From contig OZ024743.1 in the NCBI GenBank assembly GCA_964016885.1, positions 174,468,001-174,532,000 on the forward strand: 64,000 bases of DNA, read 5' to 3'. Positions within the stretch are counted from its first letter, which is position 1. The number at the start of each line of letters is the position of its first letter. This document shows positions 1 to 11,793 of this stretch, in pieces. The notes beneath the pieces are model-generated. The model saw only the letters and a list, made by a program, of their open reading frames with translations. It did no database searches and was not told the origin of the DNA. The position numbers were made by a program, and so were the translations under genes. Source of the stretch: Eledone cirrhosa (taxonomy: Eukaryota).

Positions 1-1295
1 ACGCGTACATCGCGTCCGTCATCTACTACCGCCTGACCGTCGAACCTTGTCCTAAGCCCCGCCTGACTGCGCTGGAGCGTTTGCTCTTTCGCTTCTTGTG
101 GAAGGGACGCGCTCCGATGGTCAGGCGGTCCATCTGCTGTCAACACCCGCTACGTGGAGGGCTGGGCATGCCGTGGCTGATGATGCGCAGACACGCGCTC
201 AGGCTACGACATCGCCACCTCTTCCTCGACGGTGATCAGGTGTGGTCGCCGTTTGCTAGACACGTTTTTCCCCAGCTCGTCTCCTTGACGGAGCTGCAGT
301 CCTGGGTCAAGCGAAGGCCGAGAGGGAGCGTTTGGAGACTGGAATGTCTTCAGGCGCTCACAGCCCTCGACCAATCGGGCAATGTGATCGGTGGAAACTC
401 CACCTTGGCGTTCTATAGGGGATTAGTGGAGAGCGACGACGTACTTGGAGAAACTCTAGGCGTCGACGAAAATCAACTAGCCAATCTCTTCGGAAGGACT
501 TTCGGGCCGGGGCCTATGGACAACTTCCAGAAATCCCTGGCCTGGCAGTGCTACCGGGGTGCTTTGCCAGTTCGGGATAAACTTTACAGGCATGGAGGTG
601 CCGTCAGCCGGGCATGTCCGAGATGCGCACAGGGCGACGAAACCGTCCTGCACGCACTCGTCCAGTGTCCGAGCATTGCTGACTTGTGGGTTTATGTCGA
701 ACACCTGCTGTCACGTGTAGGACGGATCCAGCTATCAGCTGAGTCCATCGTGAGTATTGCCCCGCCCTCCTCCTTTAGCCGGGAAGGGCAGGCGGTTTTT
801 ATCTGTCTGGTGGCCATGGCGAAAGAGATAGTATGGTGGACACGTTTGAAAGGGCTGAAGACGAGCACTTACCTCTTCGGTGATGCCCTGATTAACTTTT
901 TCAAATTTCATCTGAAAAGGAAAATCAGGGTAGAGAGGGAAGTGCTCTCTTCCCAGCATTTTGTTGAAAGATGGGTGATAGAAGCAAGTATGGCCCGAAT
1001 GAATGGGCCTTCTCTGAGTATGTGTCTGTAAATTAAAGGTGGAAAACTGGGAGAAGGCACTTGCTCTGGTGGTCAGGACCACTGTGATCTTTTAATGGGC
1101 TTTCTCCACAAATGTCCCTCGGAAGTCTCCCCCCTATTCGGGAATTTTTCTTTGTTATTTTATTTCATCCTCTGTTTTTTTACACGCAGAAATGCCCATT
1201 TGTACCGTCCTGTATTGTCCTGCACTGTCCTTAATGTCTACTTTATGTAAACCCTTGTGGTTAATAAAGAAAACATTATTATTATTATTATTATT
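1..1295 (+). mobile_element. Tx1/L1-clade LINE copy A, 3' part (ORF2 C-terminus, 3' UTR, (TTA)n tail); 5' part lies outside the window
   Basis: ORF 81-1031 is nearly identical to the ORF2 C-terminus of copy B (GGLG motif, zinc knuckle CPRC..ETVLHALVQC). AATAAA at 1263, then (TTA)n 1276-1295. Confidence 0.93.
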
Positions 1296-1514
1296 GAATG
1301 CTATGGTTGACGGAGGCTCGGCTCTGTAAGGTATTGTAAATTTTGAACACTATAACAATTGTAAATTGTTTAAAACTTTAACGAACTTGTAGACAAAAAC
1401 ACCCTCCTCCTCATGAGAGGGGTCTTTCTGCCCGTTATTTGGCCCTTCGGGGTTAAATAACTGCTTATTGGGGTTTTGTACCCAATATTTATTTTAAACA
1501 AAAAAAAAAACAAC

Positions 1515-3622
1515 ATGGCTACGAAAAAGAAATTTCATAGGTCACTCCCACTCATTCCGTCTTCTTCTTCCTCAATCATCACTACAGCAGAGAGAAGAAT
1601 GTCTCTCTCCCTCCCTTCTTTAAATGTGTCTCTCTCCCTCCCTTCTCTTTCGCAAGCGACGAAAGAAAAGAAAAGTCTCGTGCAAAGCGTGCAAAGTTTC
1701 TCCACGACGACGACGACAGCGACGAAACAGGTGTGCGGGAAATACGACAACCCAGTTCATTCGTCTGACGTCAGGAATAATAGCAGTAGCAGCCGTAATA
1801 ACAACAGCAACAGTGACAATGAAAACAACAGTAGCAGCCGCAACAGCATCACCAGCAGCATAAGCAACAACAGCATTAGCAGCAGCAACACCAACAACAA
1901 CCACAGCAACAGCGGCGGAGGCAGTAGTCGTAGTACCTGCAGCAACAACAAAAGTAACAGCAACTCTGACGACAACAACAACAACAGCAGCAAAGAAAAA
2001 CCAATCTCATTTGCAGGTATTGCGAAAAACTTGGAAACAATCCTCATAACAAATGAGGAATTAGAGGAAGCGAAGAAGATGGTGACAAAGAATGGACACC
2101 GAGCAATCTGCAAGGCAGCGGAAAAATTTTCGAAACCCAACAGCACTGTACGGTCACGTACCGTACAGTAAGTACAAAATCCCGTAGGGTGGAAAGAGCC
2201 ACAGAGGCTCAAATACAAAAAGCCTTGGGGTCTGTGTGACAGCGGAAAACGCACATCACCCGAGTCAAAAAAAATATGCCACCGTAGACGTACTTTTTGC
2301 CACACCCCAGGAGGCAAAGGCCCAATCCGTAGTGACCCTAAGGAGCGAGGAAATGGTGTTGGTGCCCTCCTACTGCGGGCAAAAAATTGTGAGGGTCAAA
2401 CTGACCCACGTCCCCGTCCCCCCCCGGAATGGCCCCTTCTTGGCTGGCCTCGTCTGTCCTCGTCGGAATCGAGGACAAAACAACTGTACAGCAAGTACAG
2501 AAAAAAGTAAGAGAAGATTGGGTCGGCACCTCCATTGAGATGCTAATCCAAACCAACCAGGAGTGCATCGAAGCTATCCCGTATGTGATAGACTTCGATA
2601 ACGGCACTCAACTGCCCATAAGTGTTGAGGGAAAACGCCCGAAATGCTTTCGCTGTGGATCGAAGACTCACCTCAGGGCCTTCTGCAACGAGAAGACCCT
2701 GAGAAAGGAGAAAACCCCCCTCCTTCCGAAACCGGCTCCACGGCTACCAGCAACAGGACAAGCGGCAACCAGGAACGATAGGTCCGTGGCACCCATACCC
2801 ACGCCACGGAAATCAAAAACAGCAGCAGCAGTGGAAATATTAACAACAACAGCAATACCAAATGCAGCTGCAACAGAGACTCCAGTGCAAACATCACCAA
2901 CATCAAGAAGTGAAAGAGTGGAGCTGGTACCCCTCCCCGACCTCACAGAATCAGACATGGAGTGTGAGGTGGGAGAGGGATGGCAAAAGGTCGTAAGAAG
3001 GCACAAACGCAGAAGCAGCACATCGTCGCCTTTGAAAAGGGAGGAAAGAAATGAGAAAAGGGTAAAGTCTACTGCAAAGAAACCCACAGCAGCAACACCA
3101 CCAACACCATCACCACCCACACTAGCACCACCATCACCACCGGCGACAACCCCACCGCCAACAACACCTCCAACACCACCACCACAAGCACCAACATCGC
3201 AAACACAACAACAAAACACACACACCCAGCAACAACGACAAGAAAATAGCAGAACCACACCCCACTTCAGAAAAACAAATGCACGGCAATAAATACACAC
3301 AACAAGAAACTAATGACTTACATAATTGAACACACAGACATTTCACAACACGACTACATAATACCAGCACCAATCAAAACGCCAACTAACATAAGACTGC
3401 TACAAAATAGCACAGAAACAATACACAAACATTAAAACGAAATTCCCCAACGCGGTTGGTGATTTCAGGGACCTAGGAGGAAGTATCAATCGAAGAGTAT
3501 ATTCAGACATTCTCATAGAAGAGCCGACGACCAGCCGAAGGGACGATTCAACGGTCCCTTCACCAGACGATCAAGTGAAAAGGGATGTAAAAACCATCCC
3601 TCCTCTACCAAATGTACGGTAA
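1515..3622 (+). pseudogene. ORF1 (gag-like nucleic-acid-binding protein) of copy B, frameshifted
   Basis: Split over ORFs 1476-2171, 2236-2538 and 2429-3292 plus a tail ending ..PPLPNVR*. Ser/Asn-rich N-terminus, zinc knuckle CFRCGSKTHLRAFC, Pro/Thr-rich C-terminus. Homologous to copy D ORF1. Confidence 0.8.
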
Positions 3623-3657
3623 GTGGTCTTTCCCATCTTTTCCACTCTATTTTAAAC

Positions 3658-6600
3658 ATGACCTCACTGAGAATAGGCAGCATAAATGCGCGTGGCTTGG
3701 GGTCGTCATGGAAGCAGGGTCACATGCTCAACGACCTCAGGTCACTAAACATAGATGTAGTGGCCATCAGCGAGACCAGAATCTCCGAAGCACGGGCCTT
3801 TGCACCGATCTTCGGCGGCTACGATGTGTACGCATCTCCCAGCCGTCCTGGATCGGGGGAGGAGTTGCTGTGCTTTTTCGGAGAGGTTTGGATCTCGCCA
3901 TACGGGCCATCTTCATGAACCCAGAGGGTAAGCTGGTGGTGCTGGACGTGACCAGCGGAGACGGGCAAGCTTTCAGGTTAGTGGCCGTCTATGCCCCGAC
4001 AGGAGCAGGGCGGCCTGATTTCTTCCGGCGTCTGGAGACCTTTCTTGGAACGTCCCGCTCTTTAGTGTTAGTGAGCGACTGGAACGGGATCTTAGATGCA
4101 CGCTGGGACTGTGTGGGATTAACGGATAGGGGTGGAGGGTGCAAGAGCCTCACCAACCTGCTCAGGCGTTTTGAACTGTCTGACAGGTACCGATTGGATT
4201 TCCCGAATGTGCCAATGTGGACTTGGACAAATCGCATAGGGTCATCCAGATCATATCTAAATAGAGTATTTTGTAGGGAAATAGATAGGTCTAGCATAGG
4301 CTGTCCACAATTGAAGATAGTTAGCTACACGGACCACAAATTCGTGATCTGTGTGCTTGACTTAGATAGGCTTCATAGACGAGGACCCGGCTACTGGAAG
4401 CTAAACGCGTCCTTACCAGCGCGCAAGGCCTACAGAGACCGGATTAGCGAACTAGTTAAGCGGGCGTTGACGGGGGCCATCGTCAACAACAAGTGGTGGT
4501 TTGCTCTGAAAAGAGCGATTAGAATAGAATCCATTATGTTTAGTAAGGCTTTAGCAATAGAGAAAAATAGAGCAGAGGGAGAACTAGTTAGAAAATTAGA
4601 CGAGGCGCTTAGCAAAGGCATTGCGACCGACGTGCTTGCGGCGAAAGTGGCCCTTGACCAATTCTTCAATGCAAAGCACGAAGGCTGCGTTGTCAGAGCA
4701 AGGGTGCGTGCTCTCAGACACGAGGGGACGAAAGCCGTTCAATGGGCCCGAGTGGCGGAGGGGCGTCGTGGCAACAAAGCCACGATCCGGTCTTTGGTGG
4801 ACCACGACGGGCGCATGCTACTCGATCCCGGGCAAATGTGTGAAGCTTTTCAGCGACACTTCGCTCAGCTGTTCGGGGGCAGCGGCGGGCCGGGTCGAGG
4901 GATGGACTTTAGTGTCTACTTCGACGGACTGCCGCGGCTCTCGGCCACTGAGGCGAAGTGTTGCGAAAAGCCGATAACAGCCGCTGAAGTAAGGGAGGCA
5001 ATGACTGGCTGCACAAGGGGTAAATCGCCTGGTTTGGATGGTCTGCCCTATGAACTTTACGTACAGATGCCAGACTTGTTCGGAGGCCTCTTGGCGGACG
5101 TCTACTGCAACTGGCAACAGAACGGGAGAATTCCCAGTTCTGTGAGCCGAGGAGCGGTGGCACTGCTGAGAAAGGATCCGAACAAGGGGGATAACATAGA
5201 TAATTTCAGGCCCATAACTCTGCTAAACACAGAGTTCAAGATTTTGGCCAAGGTGCTAGCAAAGAGGCTGGCGCTTGTCGTTGGTGGTCTGGTGGGAGAG
5301 GCGCAGACATGCGCCATTCCCGACAGATCCATCCACGACAACATCCACCTCATGCGATACATCGTAGAGAGTGTAGCTAAGGAACCTGGCACGGGTGGGT
5401 CTTTTATCAATTTTGATCAGTCGAAAGCTTTCGATAGGGTCGACCATCGTTACCTAGCGGCAGTCCTGAGGGCGGCTGGCTTTGGGCCCGTCTTCAGAGG
5501 CTGGATCGCTGCCATGCACAGCGACATCTGCTCTGTAGTGAGAGTGAACGGTCACCTGTCGGAACCGTTCAACATCATGCGCTCGGTCCGCCAAGGATGT
5601 CCCCTCTCGTCCATCTTGTACGTATTGACTCTCGAGCCATTACTGCACAAACTGGAGACGTTGAGGGGGGTCCCGCGCGAACTAGGATGCGGAAGATCCG
5701 TGTCAGCATATGCAGACGATGTCACCGTAGTGGTGTCGAACGCCAAACACATCGAGGCGATCGGCACTACACTAAGAGAATACGAAGCGGTGACAGGAGC
5801 AATGATCAACCAGGAAAAGTCAGTGGGCCTGCAGCTCGACACATGGAGAGGCAGGTCCATGCCGTCCAACAGCGTCGTCGGACGCTGGACGGACGGACCG
5901 GTTAAATTGCTAGGGGTCTGGTTCGGTCTGGACCTCCAGACGGACAAAAACTGGGACGAGGTGACGAGCAGGGTGGCTTCTCTCACCCAGAAATGGGCGG
6001 AGGGGAAGCTATCCCTGAAAGGTCGAGCGGAGGTGGCTAACGCGTACATCGCGTCTGTCATCTACTACCGCCTGACCGTCGTACCTTGTCCTAAGCCTCG
6101 CCTGACTGCGCTGGAGCGTTTGCTCTTTCGCTTTTTGTGGAAGGGACGCGCTCCGATGGTCAGGCGGTCCATCTGTTGTCAACACCCGCTACGTGGAGGG
6201 CTGGGCATGCCGTGGCTGATGATGCGCAGGCACGCGCTCAGGCTACGACATCTCCACCTCTTCCTCGACGGTGATCAGGTGTGGTCGCCGTTTGCTAGAC
6301 ACGTATTTCCCCAGCTCGTTTCCTTGACGGAGCTGCAGTCCTGGGTCAAGCGAAGACCGAGAGGGAGCGCCTGGAGACTGGAATGTCTTCAGGCGCTCAC
6401 ACCCCTCGACCAATCGGGCAATGTGATCGGTGGAAACTCCACCTCGGCGTTCTATAGAGGATTAGTGGAGGGGGAGAGCGACGACGTACTTGGGGAAATT
6501 CTAGGCGTCGACGAAAATCAACTAGCCAATCTCTTCGGAAGAACTTTCGGGCCAGGGCCTATGGACAACTTCCAGAAATCTCTGGCCTGGCAGTGCTACC

Positions 6601-7076
6601 GAGGAGCCTTGACAGTTCGGGATAAACTCTACAGGCATGGAGGTGCCGTCAGCCGGGCATGTCCGAGATGCGCGCAGGGCGACGAAACCGTCCTGCACGC
6701 ACTCGTCCAGTGTCCGAAAATTACTGACTTGTGGGTTTATGTCGAACACCTGCTGTCGCGTTTAGGACGGATCCGGCTATCATCTGAGTCCATCGTGAGG
6801 ATTGCCCCGCCCTCCTCCTTTAGCCGGGAAGGGCAGGCAGTTTTTATCTGTCTGGTGGCCATGGCGAAAGAGATAGTATGGTGGACACGTTTGAAAGGGC
6901 TGAAGACGAGCACTTATCTCTTCGGTGATGCTCTGATTGACTTTTTCAAATTTCATTTGAAAAGGAGAATCAGGGTAGAGAGGGAAGTGCTCTCTTCCCA
7001 GCATTTTGTTGAAAGATGGGTGAGAGAAGCAAGAATGGCCCGAGTGAATGGGCCTACTCTGAGTATATATCTGTAA
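3658..7076 (+). pseudogene. ORF2 (APE endonuclease + reverse transcriptase + CCHC) of copy B, one frameshift near 3855
   Basis: True start MTSLRIGSINARGL..SET at 3658. One G is missing from the G-run at 3855-3859 relative to copy D. Downstream it is open to 7076 with YAP, (S)DWN, TDH, KSPGLDG, FRPITLLN, KAFDRV, RQGCPLS, YADD and CPRC..HALVQC. Confidence 0.92.
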
Positions 7077-7333
7077 ATTAGGTGGAAAACTGGGAGAGGG
7101 CACTTGCCTTGGTGATCAGGGTCACTGTGGCTTTTTACTGGACTTTCTCCACAAATGTCCCTCCGAAGTCTCCCCCCTATTGGGGAATTTTTCATTGTTA
7201 TTTTCATTGTTATTTTTGTTACATCCTCTGTTTTTGTTTTTTACACGCAGAAATGCCCATTTGTACCGTCCTGCATTGTCCTGCACTGTCCTTAATGTCT
7301 ACTTTATGTAAACCCTTGTGGTTAATAAAGAAA

Positions 7334-7389
<56 letters not shown>

Positions 7390-7397
7390 GTTATTAC

Positions 7398-10300
7398 TCT
7401 TTGAGTCTCAGTCATTGATGTTAGTTAACTGGAAAGTTTGTTGAGAGGAATATCAAGCCTCAGATATTCAGGACGTATCGGAGGGTTCTTGCTGTTCCCA
7501 GCAAGCATGCCTTTTAAAGCGTTCCAAAAAGCGTGAAGGGGCCAATTTTCTTTAACCACCCCTGGAAACTTTTTGAGATAGTCCCTAGTGCGCCTATGAC
7601 AATTGGGACCACTTTGACTTCATGGCAGTTCCAAATCCTTTTTACCTCCCACTTTAAGTCCTGGTATCGGTTAATTTTCTCCCTCTCCTTCTCTTGCACT
7701 CTCGTGTCGAATGGGCAGGCCACATCCACAATCAGGCACGATCTTTTTTCCTTGTCCAAAACCACCAGGTCATGTCTATTGTGTTCCAGTTTCTTGTCCG
7801 TCTGTATCCTAAAATCCCACACCACCTTCACCTGATCGTTTTCTATCACTGCCTCTCGCTTATGCTCATACCACTTCTCAGAATGTGGTAAATTGTTTAC
7901 TTTGCATAGGTGCCAGTGGATCACCCTACCCATCACATCATGTCTCCAGCCCTTATAGTGAGTCTGGGCTAGGTGTTTACACTCGGATACAATGTGAGCC
8001 ACAGTCTCCTCTCTCTCTCCACATATCCTGCACAGTGGGCTAGCCTCCTCCTTGTAATTGTGGTGTTTCAACCACTTCGTTTTGAGGGCCTGCTCCTGCG
8101 CAGCCATTAACATTCCTTCTGCAGCCTTTTTAAGGTCTCCTCTTTTCAACCAGTTCCATGTCTGTGGATCTCTGTACCTAGTAATAGACACAGCTCGGGA
8201 ATTTACTGCACTTATGGCATTCCTACTGTTCAGGTGTGACTTTAATACGCTCCTTACTCTCCGAATGTATTCAGTTCTTATCAATTCCTTCATTTTTTTG
8301 TTCTTGATGTCATCAGCCTCCAGAACGCCCAAATACTTGTATCCTTCCTCAGAGTCAATTTCTTTTATCATCTCACCTGATGGTATCTGGATTCCGTTAC
8401 TTCTGCTCAACTTACCCCTCCTCATCACAATGACTCCACACTTACTAATACCAAATTGCATACATATATCATTGCTGAAAATACGGACAGTGTCAACAAG
8501 CACATCCAACTCTTTCTCACTCTTCCCGAAGAGCTTAAGATCGTCCATGAAGAGGAGGTTATTGATGGTAAGCCCTCCCTTTCCCAACCTGTATCCTGCT
8601 CTCACTTTTCGCAGTACACTGGTCAGGGGCATCAGGGCAAGGACAAACAACAGAGGGGACAGACTATCTCCCTGGAAGATACCTCTCTTGATCTTCACGC
8701 TTCCCAAGGATTCTCCAGTTGATATTAACTCTGTTTCCCAGGACTTCATACTTTTGCCCAACAACTGCCTGATGTTATCTGCCACCTTGAAGATCTCCAG
8801 GCTTTTGGTGATCCAAGAATGAGGCACCATGTCAAATGCCTTTTTGTAGTCTATCCATCCCATGGCAAGACCAGTGTGTCTCCTCTTGCAATTCCTCATT
8901 ACCATCTTATCAATAAGTAACTGGTCCTTTGTACCACGTGACTTCTTTCGGCATCCTTTCTGTTCGTCCGGTAACAAGTTGTTTGTGTGGAGGTGATGGT
9001 AGATTTCCTCAGACATAATGCTTGTCAACAGTTTCCACATTACGGACAGACATGTGATAGGTCTATAGTTGGTAACATCATTACCCTTGATTCGGTCTTT
9101 CATTATCAGAACTGTGGTACCTTTTGTCAACCACTCTGGTACCTCACCTGACATCAAGCAGTCATTGAACATGGTTGTCAGTTTCGGGTGGAGGGATGTT
9201 ATATCTTTAATCCAATACCCCTGCACACCATCTGGGCCTGGTGATTTCCAGTTGGTTAGTTTTTTGGCTTGCCCCTTAAGAGTTTCAACTGTGATACTCA
9301 AATCAGTTTGTTGGTGTGCCTGTTCACTAATCTCCTTCTGTACTGTCTCAATCCACACTGCCTGGTCATTATGTTTAACATCCTTCTCCCATATTCCTCT
9401 CCAGAATGTTTTAGTTTGTTCCGCCTCAGGGATCAAGTCGTTGCCTCTTTCTTTCCCTTCAAGCTGTCCAAACAGCATCTTCTGGTTGTTGTCGAACATG
9501 CGGTTCTGTCTATACTAACTGACTCTGTTCTCGTATCGCCTGATTTTTGCACTCTTTGCTACAATGCGTTGCTTCAGTTCCTCTATGATAATATTTAGCT
9601 TTTTCCTCCTAGTTTTGTACTTTATTTCCAGTCTATTTTTAGTGTCTATGTTTTTTAGTGTCCCATTCAATAGGGCCTCAAGCTTTCCAATGTCATTTCT
9701 CATTTCCCTGATTTGACCACTCAGTCGTTTCTTCCACCAAGGCTCTGCTCTTTCTTGTCTGTTGTTTCCTCACGCTTTTATACCAAGTAGTTTCCTCACC
9801 GTATTTGCTGTTGCTTTGAGGATATTGTTGCACTGGTGAAGGCTCCTCGCCTCAAGGTATGGGATGACTTTGTTTACCTTAGCTGTTGTTTCTTTTTACT
9901 TTTTCCTGTCTACAAATCTTAGGTTCATAGGTCTCCCACTATCATTGTTCAATTCATCTACCACTAAGTTTAGGATATCTACCAAATCTTGTCCTAGCCC
10001 GTCAGCATTCATCTCCTCAGTGGCCGTATCTCTGTTCCAGGTATTATTTATCTCAGCATTCAGATCATTGTCTGTTTCGGGTGGTTCCTCCGTTCTCTCG
10101 ACCTCTTCACCTTCATTTCCCACTGGCTCGTTTGCCTGGCATACTCCACCCTCCATCTCCAAGCTAATCTCTCTGCCCAGTTCCTCCAGTTCCAGCTCGC
10201 TTATCCACCCATTAGTTCTTATTACCCGAGCCTGCCCGGCCAGTTTTTGTTCATCTAATTTAAATGGACCAATCTCGTTCCAGATGTTATGCATCCTTTT

Positions 10301-10600
10301 CCTATAGCCTTTCTCCTTGGGGTTACTCTTCAGGTAACATTGCATAACAGTTCTATTCAATTCTTTCGTCCAGTTGGGTCTGGTCCCTTTCCTTCTTCTT
10401 CTTCCTCCGACACCAGCAGTATTTGGTTGACAGCCAGGTCCCTGCTGTTGAGCCAGGGAGCAACTGCTGGGTGAGAGTCTGTCACATGACATTCTAGTCT
10501 CCATTTCACCGTTATTCGAACTGTTTAGGTTCGACATTTAAACACTCTTATCGAGGATTGGCGAATGTATGGTTACATAACCACCGGTGAATTACTTGTC
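7398..10600 (-). mobile_element. R4/Dong-clade RLE non-LTR retrotransposon, degenerate; 5' boundary approximate
   Basis: N-terminal WTKELN..GYRKRM..W, then PWWKKRL, RT motifs (YRPITCL, DYKKAFD, GIFQGDSLSPLLF, FMDDLKL), CCHC CRICGEREETVAHIVSEC, RLE RHD..HD..DVACP..EKINRY. The 3' end abuts (TAA)n. Confidence 0.9.
7460..10537 (-). pseudogene. Single long ORF of the Dong/R4-like element, broken by stops, frameshifts and an internal deletion
   Basis: Pieces 9896-10537, 9515-9703 and 7514-9499. The TAA at 7514 is premature: the frame continues KACLLGTARTLRYVLNI to TGA at 7460. The junction SITRY/RDPQTWNWL near 8170 lacks the usual post-RT segment. The RLE PD motif reads HD. Confidence 0.85.
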
Positions 10601-10854
10601 TCCGGTGGTTTCGTCACTCCACGTGACTTTTGTGTGGCATTATCACGCTGTAGACGAACCCAAACAAACAAACAAACAAACAGGCAGAAAAAACCCCAAA
10701 AATGAATAAGCATAAGTTTCATTGTAATGTAGTGTTTGAATGTCTGACTTAGTTTTTCCCTTCCCTTCTCTGTCCGTCCGTTTGTTTTTCTCTTCATTTT
10801 TATTTCCTTTACGTTTTTCGTTGTTGCTGTGCTGCTTTGATTTTGATTTTTGTT

Positions 10855-11716
10855 GTTTTTTTTTTTATTTTGATCGGGTCATCAATTCAGTCTATTTATA
10901 TATTTCGATGTTTTCTTTTTTTAGTGAGAATTCTACAATGTATCAGGGGGCAGCGGGAGAGAATAACGGCGGTAGTGATATTGAGGCAGCGGCGGCGGTG
11001 GCGGTGCTGTGCTAGCAGCAACTAGCAGGAGGTAGTGGGAGAGAATAGCGGCGGTAGCGATAGTGAGGCAGCGGTGGTGGTGATGTGGTCGTATTACTGT
11101 AGTGATGGTGTTGAAGTTGGAGTAGAAATTTGAGTCGACTTGACCAGAGTTTTCATCGTGGTAGTGGTGGTGGTATTGGTGGTGAAATTATCTTTAGTGA
11201 AATTATCGGTAGTCGCGTATATGTGTTGACATTTATCCATAATATTGGAATTAAACATTTTGTTAAAACTAAAACAAGATTTTGATTTTTTTTTTTTTTT
11301 TTTTTTGATTTTGACCAGGTCATCAATTCAGTCTATTTATATATTTTGATGTTTTCCTCTTTTACTGGGAATTCTACAATGTATCAGGGGGCAGCGGGAG
11401 AGAATAGCGGCGGTAGTGATATTGAGGCAGCGGCGGCGGTGGAGGTGCTGTGCTAGCAGCAACTAGCAGGAGGTAGTGGGAGAGAATAGCGGCGGTAGCG
11501 ATAGTGAGGCAGCGGTGGTGGTGATGTGGTCGTATTACTGTAGTGATGGTGTTGAAGTTGGAGTAGAAATTTGAGTCGACTTGACCAGAGTTTTCATCGT
11601 GGTAGTGGTGGTGGTATTGGTGGTGAAATTATCTTTAGTGAAATTATCGTTAGTCCCGTATATGTGTTGACATTTATCCATAATATTGGAATTAAACATT
11701 TTGTTAAAACTAAAAC
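10855..11716. repeat. Tandem direct duplication, about 440-bp unit, each copy preceded by a T-rich tract
   Basis: 10871-11273 is repeated at 11312-11716 with very few substitutions. Poly-T lies at about 10855-10870 and 11287-11306. Confidence 0.9.
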
Positions 11717-11793
11717 TTGAGGCAATAGTAATAGTAATTATTATTATTATGCTGAGATTGGTGGTGGTGGTGGTGGTGGTGGTGAAATTGCCG

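Larger units (their letters stand above)
1296..7397 (+). mobile_element. Tx1/L1-clade LINE copy B, apparently full length (about 6.1 kb)
   Basis: 5' UTR, gag-like ORF1 with CX2CX4HX4C, APE-RT-zinc knuckle ORF2, 3' UTR with AATAAA and (TTA)n tail 7337-7397. Begins immediately after the tail of copy A. Confidence 0.93.

Noticed and set aside
3612-3860. N-terminus of the 1154-aa ORF as listed (MYGKWSF...)
   Set aside because: Wrong frame. The true APE N-terminus is in the 3658 frame, as shown by copy D.
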